This document shows positions 63,769-64,000 of a DNA stretch of 64,000 nucleotides, one piece after another. Every line of letters begins with the position of its first letter. Within the stretch, counting starts at the first letter, position 1. Position numbers and translations under genes: made by a program. The notes below the pieces were generated by a model that searched no databases, had not been told where the DNA came from, and was given only the letters and a program-made list of their open reading frames with translations. This DNA is from Octopus sinensis (taxonomy: Eukaryota), in contig NC_043002.1 in the NCBI RefSeq assembly GCF_006345805.1, positions 87,482,001-87,546,000 on the forward strand, given 5' to 3'.

Positions 63769-64000
63769 CATATATATATGTATATGTATGTATGTATATG
63801 TATGTATGCATGTATGTATATGTACAGAGAGAGAGAGAGAGGGGGATGTGTGTCTGTGTATATATATATAGACATATATGCACACATGTATGTATGTACA
63901 TATGTATGTAAGTATGTATGCGTGTGTACGGGCGTGCGTTAGTGTTGTCTGTATTATTAGCTACCAACATTATTCTACATCCTAGCTCTCTTGTATATTA

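Overview
Eukaryotic, AT-rich, extremely microsatellite- and transposon-dense non-coding DNA. The repeat landscape (tRNA-derived SINE families, Penelope-like elements, Helitrons, huge (AT)n tracts) looks like a cephalopod genome, probably Octopus; this is inferred from recognition, not from a search. No intact protein-coding gene is present, and nearly all ORFs in the supplied track are microsatellite or satellite artefacts. Recognisable content: decayed LINEs (CR1-like, R4/Dong-like, Tx1/L1-like, RTE), at least six Penelope-like (PLE) fragments, two mariners, a Tc1, a Tigger/pogo, several Helitrons, three copies of an 8-bp-TSD MITE carrying TTAGGG repeats, and four SINE families. A few candidate host-gene exons are present: a convincing-looking terminal exon on the minus strand at 43996-44108 and a phase-compatible micro-exon chain on the plus strand. 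Three features stand out. (1) A ~4.9-kb tandem array (about 220 units of 20-23 bp) joined to a Helitron body, in which almost every unit carries a TCF/LEF HMG site plus an RCCG helper-like motif. (2) A tRNA-headed, Pol III-type SINE that carries an intact minimal hammerhead ribozyme. (3) A set of PLE-associated minimal hammerheads with recurrent non-canonical cores. Coordinates were read by hand and may be off by a few bases.
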